A DNA stretch of 64,000 nucleotides from Octopus vulgaris (GCA_951406725.2 OX597828.1:23560001-23624000); one strand, 5' to 3'; numbered from the stretch's first letter, positions 1 through 12,463 are shown. Program-made: numbers and translations. Notes: a model not told the origin generated them from the letters alone.

Positions 1-98
1 TGTGTATATATATATATATATCACAAAATTCTTACCAAAAGTACTCTTTAGTACCAAACAAAAACTATCTATAGCAAGAATAATATATGTGTACACCA

Positions 99-500
99 AG
101 GCGGCGAGCTGGCAGAATCGTTAGCACGCCGGGCGAAATACTTAGCGTTATTTCGGCCGCCGCTACGTTCTGAGTTCAAATTCCACAGAGGTCGACTTTG
201 CCTTTCATCCTTTCGGTGTCGATTAAATAAGTACCAGTTACGCACTGAGGTCGATATAATCGACTTAATCCGTTTGTCTGTCCTTGTTTGTCTCCTCTGT
301 GGTTAGCCCCTTGTGGGTAGTCTGTGGTTAGCCCCTTGTGGGTAGTCAAGAAATAAGAAACGTTAGCACGCTGCGTGAAATGCTAGCAGTATTTCGTCTG
401 CCGGGGTCGACAAATTAAGTACCATTTGCGTACTAGGGTCGATCTAATCGACTGGTCCCCTCCCTCCAAATTTAGGGTCCTGTGCCTAGAGTAGAAAAGA
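99..500 (+). mobile_element. SINE family A (tRNA-like head, Meta-domain-like core), with partial tandem copy
   Basis: Head ggcggcgagctggcagaa, B-box-like gagttcaaattcc and core gcctttcatcctttcggggtcgata; about ten similar copies in the window. Confidence 0.85.
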
Positions 501-617
501 ATATACGTGATCACTCACTGGAACTGAACAAGTTATTACCACTATTTTGTGGAGGGACATGGCCTAGTAATTAGAGCAGCGGGCTCGTGGTCTCAGACCG
601 GGCGATTTGTGTGTTTA

Positions 618-1908
618 CGAGGGGCGTTCAATAAGTAATGCCCCTGGCCCACTTCCCATAGCAGTAGAGCAACGAAACTTGGCACAGTTATTAGTCTTTT
701 TCTACATAGGAACCACCCAGAGTTACGCATTTCTCCCATTGTTTGATGCAGCTCTGAAGACCATTTTTGTAGAAGACCCCATCTTGGTCCATCTTGGTCC
801 TCCAACCACGACGTGACTTCAGAAATCAAGGCTGCATCACCTGGGAAACGCTTTCCTTGCAAAAACAACTTCATGGCAGGGAAGAGGTGAAAATAAGAGG
901 GTGCAAGGTCAGGAGGGTAGGGGGAATGGGGGATGAGTTCATAGCCGCACGCCTGTGCTTCTGATCTGGCGACACGCGAGTTGTGAACCGGAGCGTTGTC
1001 CTGCAAGAGGAGGATGCCTTTGATGATCTTGCCCCGCCTCTTGATTTTGATAGCTTCTCTTAATTTCCTCAAAAGTGAAGCATAATAGGCTCCTGTAATT
1101 GTGACACCATTTGCCAGGAAATCTGTCATCACTACTCCGTCCTGGTCCCAGAAGACTGTGAGCCTGACCTTGTCAGCGGAGGGCTGCACCCTTGCCTTCT
1201 TTGGAGGAGGTGAGTCACGGTGCTTTCACTGCATTGACTGCGCTTTGGACTCTGGATCATAGTGATGGACCCAGGTTTCATCCTGTGTAATCAGTCTTTT
1301 GAAAAAATTTGACTCATCTTCTTGGCACATCTCCAAATTCATCCTCGAGCAATCGACGCGTTCTTGCTTCTGGAAAGGTGTGAGCAACCTGGGAATCCAT
1401 CTGGCAGACACCTTTTTCATATGCAAATTGTCATGAATGATAGTTTCCACAGACCCGGTACTAATCTTGACCTCATGGGCTATTTGGCGAATAGTTATGC
1501 GTCGATCTTCCAAAATGACAGCCTCAACTTGACGGACAGATGCCTCATCAATGGCAAAAGGGGGCGATAAGATCTGGGAGCTGTTTCCACAGAGTTCCGA
1601 CCATGTTTGAATTCACGAATCCAGCGTTTTACAAGGTCATATGATGGGGCATCATCACCATAAGTTACTTTCATTTCATCAAAAGTCTCCTGTGGTGTGC
1701 GTCCTTTCAAATACAAAAACCGAATCACTGCTCGACACTCAACAGGCTTCATTTCACACTTGACTCAGTTCAAACACTTGTAAATCAGAAACCACAGTTA
1801 GTTCAGAGCTGTAATTTGCCACTTAATTTATAGAGATGTCAATAATTGCACATGCTAGATCAAACAACTGAAAGTGGGTCAGGGGCATTACTTATTGAAC
1901 GCCCCTCG
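618..1908 (-). mobile_element. Full-length mariner (Tc1/mariner) DNA transposon, 1291 bp
   Basis: Perfect 29-bp TIRs CGAGGGGCGTTCAATAAGTAATGCCCCTG (618-646 and 1880-1908), TA duplication at 616-617 and 1909-1910, internal transposase remnants. Confidence 0.96.
691..1752 (-). pseudogene. Disrupted mariner transposase
   Basis: Three ORF pieces carry an N-terminal HTH, WIPRLL (WVPHEL-like), TQDETW, LLQDNAPVH and PYPPDLAPSY (YSPDLAPxD with the last Asp lost). There is a frameshift near 1550, an in-frame TGA at 1226-1228 and a 10-bp duplication ccatcttggt at 779-798. Confidence 0.92.
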
Positions 1909-2132
1909 TATCAGCGAAACACTACGCGGCTCCGACTGAAGGTAATGGCAAACTTCTGCTGACTCTTTCGTCACAACTGTCTCTCACTGTTTCCTCCTGC
2001 ATCTAGCAGCTCACCTGGGACTGGCCGGCGTCCCGTTCACGGTGAGAAACTACACACCAATGAAATCTCTGAACCGGCCCTTATGAGCCAGGCATGACTC
2101 GAGAAGGAACAAACAACATTGACACTGTTCTA

Positions 2133-2273
2133 TATAGAAGAGATCAGGAATTATGTACAGGCATATGGGGTAGTGTTTAAGAGCGCGTGCTACTAACCGC
2201 AAGATTCCGAGTTTGATTCAAAGCAGTGACCTGAACAATAATAATAATAATTATTATTATTATTATTAATATT

Positions 2274-2352
<79 letters not shown>

Positions 2353-2501
2353 TCGAAAAATACCTTAGGAATGGGAACCCAGGTTCGAAATTTCCCCAAG
2401 GCACCTGAAGAAGGCTGGATGGTATATCATCCGAAACGTTGTGTTTAACAACAAACAAAATGGGAACAAATATCCGTCGAATGTAAATAATGTAAATAAT
2501 G
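2133..2501 (+). mobile_element. tRNA-headed non-autonomous element with PLE-type 3' end and hammerhead fold (copy 1)
   Basis: Flanked by the 18-bp direct repeat aacattgacactgttcta (2115-2132, 2502-2519). Contains an inverted tail at ~2127-2159, a tRNA-like head at 2160-2236, (AAT)n, then a 3' region homologous to 63206-63350 (-). Confidence 0.75.
2400..2445 (+). ncRNA. Minimal type I hammerhead ribozyme-like motif
   Basis: Reads GGCAC CUGAAGA A GGCUG-gaugguauau-CAUCC GAAAC GUU GUGUU: stem I, conserved core, stem II, and a loopless palindromic stem III. Confidence 0.65.
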
Positions 2502-3364
2502 AACATTGACACTGTTCTACATAGTTGTCTCATATCAAATACTGCAGTTAGGCAGCTTTTGCAGAAATGTGTCTGGAGAGAAATAATCAAATGCGAGATG
2601 TGAGTACCGAGAGAGTCACTTTTGACCCTTTACAAGCCTATCATTTTTTTGTGGGATTTACTGGCATCGAAGCGAATGTCTGTTTACATTTTTAATCCAA
2701 TTTGGACATTTTGGATTTCTTTCATATCTCATATATGTGACTGTATCTATACATACTTAAAGCTATTAGGTATCGCATTTTTTATAACACTATGGTGGTA
2801 TAAAATATATATGAAACCATATAGATGTGTGTGCGTGCGTGTGTTTCTGTGTGCGCGCGTGTGAGTGCGTGTATGTGTACGCGTTTTGTATGTGTGTATA
2901 TACATATGCAAAGTGGGTATATATTATATGTGTCGTGCGTGTGTTTCTGTGTATGCGCTTGTGAGTGCGTGTACGTGTGTATGTATGTATGTATGCATGT
3001 ATGTATGTATGTATGTATGTATGTATGTATGTATGTATGTATGCATGTATGTATGTATGTATGTATGTGTGTGTGTGTGTGTGTGTATACATATGTAAAG
3101 TGTGTATATATTGTATGTGTTTGTGTAGATGAACGGATGAATATGTGTGTAGGTGTGTATATACATATTACATTAAGTATTGTGTAGATTGTGCGTGTAT
3201 GTATGGATATCTTTACACACATCCTTAAAGTCTTTCAGCTCTGAAGCCGCGTTTATGGTGGGGAACCACCGTTGATGTGTTTATAGAGAGAGAGAGGGGG
3301 GGAGAGAAACAGGCAGAGACAGACAGATTGAGAGAGAGGGGGAGATTGAGAAAGAGAGAGGGAG

Positions 3365-3424
<60 letters not shown>

Positions 3425-3865
3425 AAGTTGAAAGAAAGATTGAGACAGACAAAGAGGTGCTTTCAAAACAATGATTAAAACAAGATCGACATCTTGGATT
3501 GTCATTAACTTCAACAAGCTGCCCCTACGAATACAATATAAAGGAACCTCTTTCTTTTTTTTTCTTCTTTCGTTTTCTCTTTCTTTCTTTCTTTCTTTCA
3601 TCCTTCGTCCCTTTTCTTCCTTCCTTCCTTTCCCTCTCTCTTTCTTTCATGCTTTCTTCCTTTCTGTTTTTCTTTCTTTCCTCCATTCTTTTTCTTTTTC
3701 CTTTCTTTTTTCTTCCACGGACCGAGCCTTCGGCGTTTCATAATTCACACACACGTGTTTGCATGCCCGCACATGCGCACACACAGATAAGCACAAATAT
3801 GTTCGCCTGCACCCCACCACCACCACTCACTCTCTGTCTTTCTCTTTCCCTCTCTTTCTCTTTTC

Positions 3866-3906
<41 letters not shown>

Positions 3907-4514
3907 GCATCTGTTAATATTCGGATTAATTTATCAATTATAATGATTATTCACATAGTGTTGAATTAATCATGCACTACCTCATAGTCAAAGCGCTTGG
4001 CACAGTAGTTACGGTTTTGGACTCATGAAGCGTAAGCTTGTGGTTTCGATTCCTACACCGGGCGACGCGTTGTGTTCTTCAGCAAGACACTTCATTTTAA
4101 GTTGCTCCAGTCCACTTAGATGGCAAAAGGGAATAATCCCGGGACGTCCCATGCTGGTTAAATTTTATAAACGTCACTGAAACCGTCAAAAATCGGCCCT
4201 TATGACGCGAGGAGGTAACTTTACCCCCTATTTTTATTGGTGCATAGTTTGAAGATTTCAATGAGTGATCGTTTACTTTTAGACGGAAACTGAAAGAAGC
4301 GCGTCGTGTGTGTGTATCAGTGTGTGTGGTTGTCCCACACGAACGAATGACAACCGGTGATGGTGTGTTTATGTTCTGTAACTTAATAGTTCGGTAAAGG
4401 AAGGCGATAGATTAAGTACCAGGCTTTGATATAAGTACTGGTTCGATTAGTTGGACTAAAATTATTTCAGGCGGAGTCTAATGACTGAAACAAGTAACAG
4501 AATGAAAAAAAAAG

Positions 4515-4666
<152 letters not shown>

Positions 4667-5718
4667 TGTTTCTTTATTGGCTACACGAGGCTGAACACAG
4701 AGGGGACAAAATACAACGTAGAGCTTTTCTTTTGGGGAAAAGAAAAAAAAGGGGTAGAAATTCGATCAAAAGGGATCGCGGAAGAAAAAAAAAGCCGATC
4801 AATAGGGATAGTGTATCATAGAAATGTCATAATTTAAAAAGGGGAAACAGATTAGGTTTATCCGTGGAAAGAAAAGCCTACGGAAAAGACCACGGTAACG
4901 TCGGGTAATAGTGTCATGCAAAAAAAAACACATTACGGTGAGTGGCTCTCTTTTTTCCTATCTTTTTTTTTTGGTTCATCATCATCATCATTGTTCGACC
5001 GTGGTCGAGACAATGGAATTTACTATGCTACGCCAGACTTCACGGACGATCATAACATTACGGAGGACCTGTTGCTCGATGCCTGTATCCCTGGAGATTA
5101 CGTCTGGTATCGCGAGTAGATGGCTTCCAGAGGAGAAGAGGAGAAATTACCTCGTTTTCAGCTCTACAACAATGTCCAGCAAAGTGGACTCTTCTACCTT
5201 TCACAAGAGATGATACAGGTGGTAGTTTCCCATATATTTGTACGTTGGTTGGATGGCGCTTCCACGAGAGATTTTGAGCTCTCATAAGGAGGCGAGAGTA
5301 AGTTCCATCCAACCGCCTCTCAAGCTTCTTTGATAACGTCCAGGTTTCTGAGCCATATAGTAGAATTGGTTCGACTGTGGCTTTGAAGATTTTAAGTTTG
5401 AAATCTCTACTTAGATTGGTTCATAGTATTACGCTGAAGGTGGCTCCGTCATTCATCCTGGCTACGATAGATTCGGTTAATAAACTGACTAGTCCCACAC
5501 GCGATAGCAGTCGTTCAAAATAGGCCCAAAGGTCGGGAATGATTGGTCACTGTACGAGTACGTGTCGCACGGTTTCGTCGCTCTGACTGCATCTCGGACA
5601 GGTCGACCCCGTGTTTCTCGAGCCATGCCTGTAGAGCTTATCCCGAAGGAGTAGCGCTTCTCGATAGCACTGTCAGGCCAGGGATCTCTGGAAGTTGTCC
5701 ATAGGTCCCGGCCCGAAA
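4667..5718 (-). mobile_element. Tx1/L1-clade LINE 3' fragment (copy 1), internally deleted and interrupted by an RTE fragment
   Basis: Homologous to 5785-6770; bounded by (GATA)n on both sides. Confidence 0.8.
4980..5415 (-). mobile_element. RTE-clade LINE 3' fragment with (GAT)n tail
   Basis: Minus strand reads LKIFKATVEPILLYGSETWTLSKKLERRLDGTYSRLLMRAQNLSW...RRVHFAGHCCR, an RTE-type C-terminus. Candidate 9-bp TSD ttggttcat at 4971-4979 and 5416-5424. Confidence 0.85.
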
Positions 5719-5723
5719 GATAG

Positions 5724-5784
<61 letters not shown>

Positions 5785-6770
5785 TGTTTCTTTATAAGCC
5801 ACACAGGGCTGCACACAGGTAGAACAAATAACAAGGTAGAGCTTTTCTTTTGAAGGTTTAAAAAAAAAAAAAAAAGGAAGGGGGAGTTTCGATCAAAAGG
5901 GATCGTAAAAGGAGAGAAAGAGGACAAAAAAAAGGGGGGTTAAAAAAAAAAAGGGGAGAGGAAAAAAAAATTGATCAATAGGGATCGTTATCACAGAAAT
6001 GTCAATATGAAGTGTAAAGGGGAGGACAGGTGAGGTTTACCCGTGGAAAGAAAAGCCTACGGAAAAGACCACGGTATCCTCGTTCAATGAAGTCACATTT
6101 TATATTTCTTTTTTTTTTTTTTTTTTTTGCAAATAAGCAACTCTCTGTTTTCGATTTCTGGGTTCATAGGACTATGCTCAAGGTGGCTTCGTCATTCATA
6201 CGTGCCATTCTTGCTACATTCACCCATCTTTTTTAAAACATTCGCTAGACAAAACTTGCCTCTCTACTCTCACTTTCCTTTTCAAGTGGTACTTGAAGAA
6301 GTTGATGAGAGATTGACCAGAGAGGAAAGTGTTTGTCTCCAATCCTTTCAGACGCGTCCACCAGATACATTCTTTCGCCATAGCCACAAGGATGATGAAA
6401 ATAGCTCTTCCTTCCCGTTTGAAGGAAGGAGGCGTGACAATATTGACGATAGACTCAGCTGATAAACCGACTCGTCCCACACGTGACAGCAGTTGTTCGA
6501 CATAAGCCCACAGGTCGGAAATTGTTGGACACTGAACGAGTGCGTGCAGAACGGTTTCGTCGCTCTGACCGCATCTCGGGCAGGTCGGCCCCGTGTTTCT
6601 CGAGCCGTGTCTGTAGAACTTATCCCGAACGGGTAGCGCTTCTCGGTAGCACTGCCAGGCCAGGGATCTCTGGAAGTTGTCCATGGGCCCTGGCCCGAAA
6701 GTCGTCCTGAACAGGCGGGTCAGGTACTCCTCGTCGACGTCCAGGTTCGCCCCGAGCTCGTCGTCGTACC
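5785..6770 (-). mobile_element. Tx1/L1-clade LINE 3' fragment (copy 2): ORF2 C-terminal CCHC region plus 3' UTR
   Basis: ORF 6220..6684 contains WQCYREALPVRDK..CPRCGQSDETVLHALVQCP (zf-RVT-like). Both junctions lie in (GATA)n. Confidence 0.85.
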
Positions 6771-6851
<81 letters not shown>

Positions 6852-7144
6852 ACCTGGAATATGAATGTAATTATATTTATGCGTACCTTTGTCTTAGCAT
6901 AAGAAATCCGTGAATATGTTTACGCATTTTGACTATATTTTTTAGCAATACCAGCCATAATTTGGAAATATTTACATGAAATTCCTATACAAGTATAACT
7001 ACAAACACAACAAAGAACATTTATACATTGACGCAAATGTATCCGTCATGAAAGCTTTTTCTCTTCTTCTCAGATAGTTTTTCTGCCTCTGTAATTCTGT
7101 ATCTAATTGTCTCTTTATTAGTCTAACAATTTATGTATCTATTA

Positions 7145-7505
7145 AGGCGGCGAGCTGGCAGAATCGTTAGCTCGCGGGGCAAAATCCTTACCGGTATTTC
7201 GTCTGCCGCTACGTTCTGAGTTCAAATTTCGCGAGGTCGTCTTTGCGTTTCATCCTTTCGGGGTCGATTAAATTAGTACCAGTTACGCACTGGGGTCGAT
7301 ATAATCGTCTTAATCCGTTTATCTGTCCTTCTTTGTCCTCCCTGTGTTTAGCCCCTTTGTGGGTAGTAAAGAAATAGGTATTTCGTCTGTCTTTATGTTC
7401 TGAGTTCAAATTCCTCCGCGGTCGACATCGCCTTTCATCCCTTCGGAGTCAGTTGCACACTGAGGTCAGTCTAATCGAATGTCCCCTCTCCCTAAATTTC
7501 GGGCC
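7145..7505 (+). mobile_element. SINE family A with internal partial duplication
   Basis: Same head, core and tail as 99-500. Confidence 0.85.
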
Positions 7506-7619
7506 TTAAATAGAATTTATGTATTTATCTGTAGCTGTCTATGTGTGTAACTATTTTTGTTTGGTGTTTATGTATGTTTACAGAAGTTTCTATACATTTA
7601 GCAATTTATCTACCGATGC

Positions 7620-7717
<98 letters not shown>

Positions 7718-8449
7718 GTGTGTATATATATATACATACATATATAAACACATATATATATATATACATATAAATAGAGAGACACAGACAATCACACACG
7801 AACGCACAGATATATCTATATCGGATCAACTTATATAATTATATTCACTTATATATAGTTTGATGTAGACTCCCCAGGAAGTATGTGTATGTCTTTACAC
7901 GTGAATATAAATATAAATATGTATGCAAGCGTACTCACTTACACACGCTGTAACACACTTACCTGCAACCGAACATACATACACACATACATACGCATAT
8001 ACCTACATACATACATACGTAATACATACACACATACATACTTAGAACCAGTCATTGATACAATCGGATGCGCTGTATGAACGGGACATATATTCACAAT
8101 GCCAATTTTTGCATTCATGTCTGTATCGCAAAATTTTTCCAAATAAATACTACCGATTTATAGATATTTTCTTTCTAAATCTTGACATAGATTCGGTCAG
8201 TGCCTACGTAGACTGAGGGACACCATTTCCCTATAGCCTGCTGCTAAAAAGAAATTTCCAACTGAAATGCAAATGTACCTGTATTGTGTTGTATGAATGC
8301 TAATACTTCTCTGTTATATCATTGGAATACAGATTTATTCCTTAACAAACAGACAGCGGGAAAAAGTCTAGCCACATTCACAAGCAAAGTGGTTACATGC
8401 GCAGTTTCGTTCGTAACTGTTAAGTCCTGTGCGCGCCTATATGTGTCTA

Positions 8450-8522
<73 letters not shown>

Positions 8523-8767
8523 TAATATATATATATGTTTATGTATATATACATTTATATATATACATATATATCATATATATATATATATATATATATA
8601 CATATTGATATACGTATTTATAAACATACATATATACATATATATGTATATATATATATACATATATACACACACACACATATATATATATGATATATGA
8701 TATAGATATAAGATATACATTATATCTTATACAGTCGTATATGTATACGCATCTCTCTGTTTGTCAG

Positions 8768-8805
<38 letters not shown>

Positions 8806-9367
8806 GAACATAACTGTTCATTTGTATGTAACTATATATAGCAGAGGCACAAGTAATAAAATTCACGTGTTTATACGAAGAAATTTCTCCACACAAATTG
8901 GTTGGTGATATATCTTAAACTTCGAAACGACGAAGAATGAATTAGACTTTGGTGGAATTTCACCCGACCATATAAAAGCCTTTACAAATAACCGACAATT
9001 AATACCCATATTTTCTGGTTTTGACACAATGCCTGCAATGTTCACAAAAGTGGTTTTCGCCGATGCCACTGTCTCTAGATCTTGACCTGACCTGCAGTTT
9101 AATTAACCTTCCAGTTTCGTCGATAAATATTTCGAAAGCAAAATACTAATGAAATACTTAAATCAGTTTAATTAGTTAAGCTGAGCAATAGTAGTTGACT
9201 TATTCGTATAGTAGAAATCGATATTTTACCTTTTTTTTTAATAATCGAAATTGTTACTTTCGATTGGTCCAGAAATATTCCAACGACTTGCATTAACAGC
9301 AATTTCTAGGCTTCACCGGATTCACCGGAATTCTCCAAACGCATACACACACAGACACACACACACA

Positions 9368-9440
<73 letters not shown>

Positions 9441-9855
9441 GTATATATAAGTTACTGCATAGAGAAAGAAATTGCTCAATAAAACCATTGAAGGCGATGC
9501 CCTAGCATGGCCGCAGTCCAATGACTGAAATAAGTAAACGACCAGTCGTGTGGATTGGAATCGTGTGGATGATTCCAAAAAGCCAGGAATTACTACAGCT
9601 CTCCTTATGTCAATTTAAACTTCTGGCTTAGACTATTAATTACAGTAGCCATTATATTTGTTAACAGCATTGTCTCTGTTATCAATGCAACACAGTTTTC
9701 ACGAAATCGACTCTCTAATTTATCGCATAAATCACGATTGATTGACTCACTATCTAATAAAGAGATAGATTAATGAATAAATGTATTTGTTATATGTATA
9801 TACAGGTTGGTGCAAAAGTAGGTATATAGTTATGAAAAAAGAAAACATGTACAAT

Positions 9856-10055
9856 TCTGTTGTGTCTGGGGAGAGTCATTTTCTTTTTGTGCCTTATAAT
9901 GTAACACACTCACCGGTCAAGACTATTGAAAAGGTTGCAAGACGCAACGAAAATTTTAGGAAAAATAAAAATAAGAAATAAGTGGAAATTTTACCGATGA
10001 GTGTGTTACATTATAAGGCACAAAAAGAAAATGACTCTCCCCAGATACAACAAAA
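9856..10055. repeat. Inverted repeat, ~60-bp arms
   Basis: tgttgtgtctggggagagtcattttctttttgtgccttataatgtaacacactcaccggt mirrored at ~9993-10055. Confidence 0.85.
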
Positions 10056-10191
10056 TATGCTTCAACACACGAACTCATATAAAGAATCTTGCAAACCAAA
10101 TCCAAAAACGAAATATGTACAATACTTATTTATTTTTGGAGATGCACTTGCATAGCAAGTGATTTGATCTGAGATCGTGTGCTGGAACGAA

Positions 10192-10299
10192 AACAATTGC
10201 AGCGTGGAAGGTGTTTGTAAGCCAATTCAGAAACACACAAAAGCCGTTCGATTCGTGTTTCTTAAATGGCTTACAAACACCTTCCACGCTGCAATTGTT
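10192..10299. repeat. Inverted repeat, ~45-bp arms
   Basis: aacaattgcagcgtggaaggtgtttgtaagcca mirrored by tggcttacaaacaccttccacgctgcaattgtt. Confidence 0.85.
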
Positions 10300-11168
10300 A
10301 TTTATTTTTATCAAAAATAAAATTAAAATTTACGATAAAAGTATTATCAAAGTTCTGATAAATGTATTATTATGACTAATGACCCTGAAAATACCAGAAA
10401 TTAAGCTAATTTCATGTGCTAGAAATTTTAATGTATTAAGTATTAAAACATTCATGTGTTACTGACTGTATACCTACCTTTACACCCAACTTTAGATAAA
10501 TACAATCAGAGGAGAAATACATTTCGTTTCATTTAACGACTTTATTCTAATTATTTTATTCCAACTATCTTATTATAATGAACAAATTTATTGCAATTAA
10601 CAACTAACTTATTCTAATTAACTAAATTATTATAATGATTTAGTTTATTATGATTAGCTTGTCTAGACGAATTAGTTAAATTTTAGTTAACTAGGTCACT
10701 CTAAATAATTGATTTTAATTATTTTTCTTGTCTTAATAAACTCATGCTAAATGACTGGCATACAGCAATTAGCCACATTAACGTAAATGATTATTTTATT
10801 GTTAACCAGTTTGTACAAATTAATCACTTCGTTTTAATTAGCAAGGATATGCTCGTTTTAATTAACAAGGGTACGAATATATAATAACTATTACGAATAA
10901 TAATTACTTTATTTTCTTTAAGTAGTCTGCTGTAATTTAATACTTTATTTCGAATTTTAATTAAGTACTGTATTATAATTATTTAGATTTCTATTCAAAT
11001 TTTAATTAAGTACTGTATTATAATTATTTAGATTTCTAGTTAGTTGATTAATATTAGATTCATTAACATTTGTTCATTAACATTAGAATAATTAAATCGT
11101 TGATTGCATTTAATTTTTATATATATATAATTATTTTCTTATAATGCAGTCCCCATTCGAATAAAATA

Positions 11169-11214
<46 letters not shown>

Positions 11215-11306
11215 GCTACTGCTGCTGCTGCTGCTGCCACTGCTGCTGCTGCTGCTACTACTACTACTACTACTATTGTTGTTATTATTATTATTATTAT
11301 TATTAA

Positions 11307-11361
<55 letters not shown>

Positions 11362-11364
<3 letters not shown>

Positions 11365-11975
11365 GACGTCGCACAGTATACAATATAGTGAGGTTGTTGA
11401 TTGAAGATATTGAAGATATTGTACTGTTTGACAAGTCACAACAAGGACCTCAGACAGACAGTACTTTACGCAATATGCCTTCAGTTCCAAGTAATGCCGA
11501 CTCTTACAAAGCATCTAGATTGTAGGGTATTTCTAAGGTTTTTCAGATGTTTTTTTTTTTTGATTAGGTGGTATTGAACCAAATGTTCCGATGACAATAG
11601 GGATAACCTTTATGTTTGACTCTCGTAGCTGCCTTATCTTAGCAATCTCAATTCTCAGGTCTCCATATTTATCAACCTCTTCTCCTTCGTTCTTGATGAT
11701 ATGTTGATCTCCTGGCAATGCCATGTCAATTATTAGGCACTCTTGTTTGTCCGCCCTAAAGGTTACTATATTCGGCCTTCTGTGCTCTAACACCTTGTCT
11801 GTCTGGAAATCAAAGTCCCAGAGGATTTTTGCCTTCCTCTTTTCCTCAATTAACTTTTCCGGTCTATGTTGGCACCAGGCATCCGTAACCTCATATGCAC
11901 ACTTACAGCATAGTAGCCAGTGGAGGTTTTGGGCTACCTTGTCGTGTCTACGCTTGTACTCTTTCTGCGCAAATG
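11362..11975 (-). mobile_element. R4/Dong-like non-LTR retrotransposon 3' fragment (restriction-like endonuclease domain)
   Basis: ORF 11533..12018 contains YKRRHDKVA, ILWDFDFQTD, HRRPNI, IIDMALP, KYGDL and VIPIVIGTFG. The 3' end runs into (AAT)n. Confidence 0.85.
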
Positions 11976-12164
11976 GTGAATAAACATATCTGTACCTCAA
12001 TTCGATACAACCCAGCAAAATGATGTATTTCGCACAGCGCTCTTTGTGGTTTATAACTCTTATTCCAAGTTACCCGCCATAGAATAACCCTGATTTCCGT
12101 TGGAAATCGCAACTAAATTAGCCTCAAATTCAATCGTCTCTAAAAGACAAAGTAGATATTGTAA

Positions 12165-12290
12165 TATGTGTGGTAGGAAGCTTGCTTCCCAACCACATGA
12201 CTCCGAGTTCAGTCCCACTGTTTGGCACCTTGGAGAAATGTCTTCTATTATAGCCTCGAACCGACCAAAGACTTGTGAGTGGAATTGGTA

Positions 12291-12346
<56 letters not shown>

Positions 12347-12352
12347 TACATA

Positions 12353-12388
<36 letters not shown>

Positions 12389-12394
12389 TGTATG

Positions 12395-12428
<34 letters not shown>

Positions 12429-12430
12429 TG

Positions 12431-12463
<33 letters not shown>

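Larger units (their letters stand above)
549..2114 (+). mobile_element. tRNA-derived SINE (head 1, tail 1) interrupted by the mariner
   Basis: Joining 549-617 to 1911-2114 gives a sequence matching the SINE copies at 36021-36210 and 45232-45536. Confidence 0.75.
9802..10495. mobile_element. Possible degenerate Tc1/mariner-type MITE containing two fold-back insertions
   Basis: Left end TA-CAGGTTGGTGCAAAAGTAGGTATATAGT imperfectly mirrors actgtatacctacctttacacccaactt near 10465-10492. Confidence 0.4.

Noticed and set aside
2160-2236. tRNA gene (also the heads at 16835, 20075, 36023 and ~48458)
   Set aside because: A/B-box remnants without a complete cloverleaf, running into repeat bodies; these are SINE heads.
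8863-9100. Minus-strand ORF or exon in unique sequence
   Set aside because: Short, with no recognisable domain and poor splice signals.
10954-11038. ~41-bp tandem duplication in AT-rich DNA
   Set aside because: Ordinary local slippage duplication with no functional signal.
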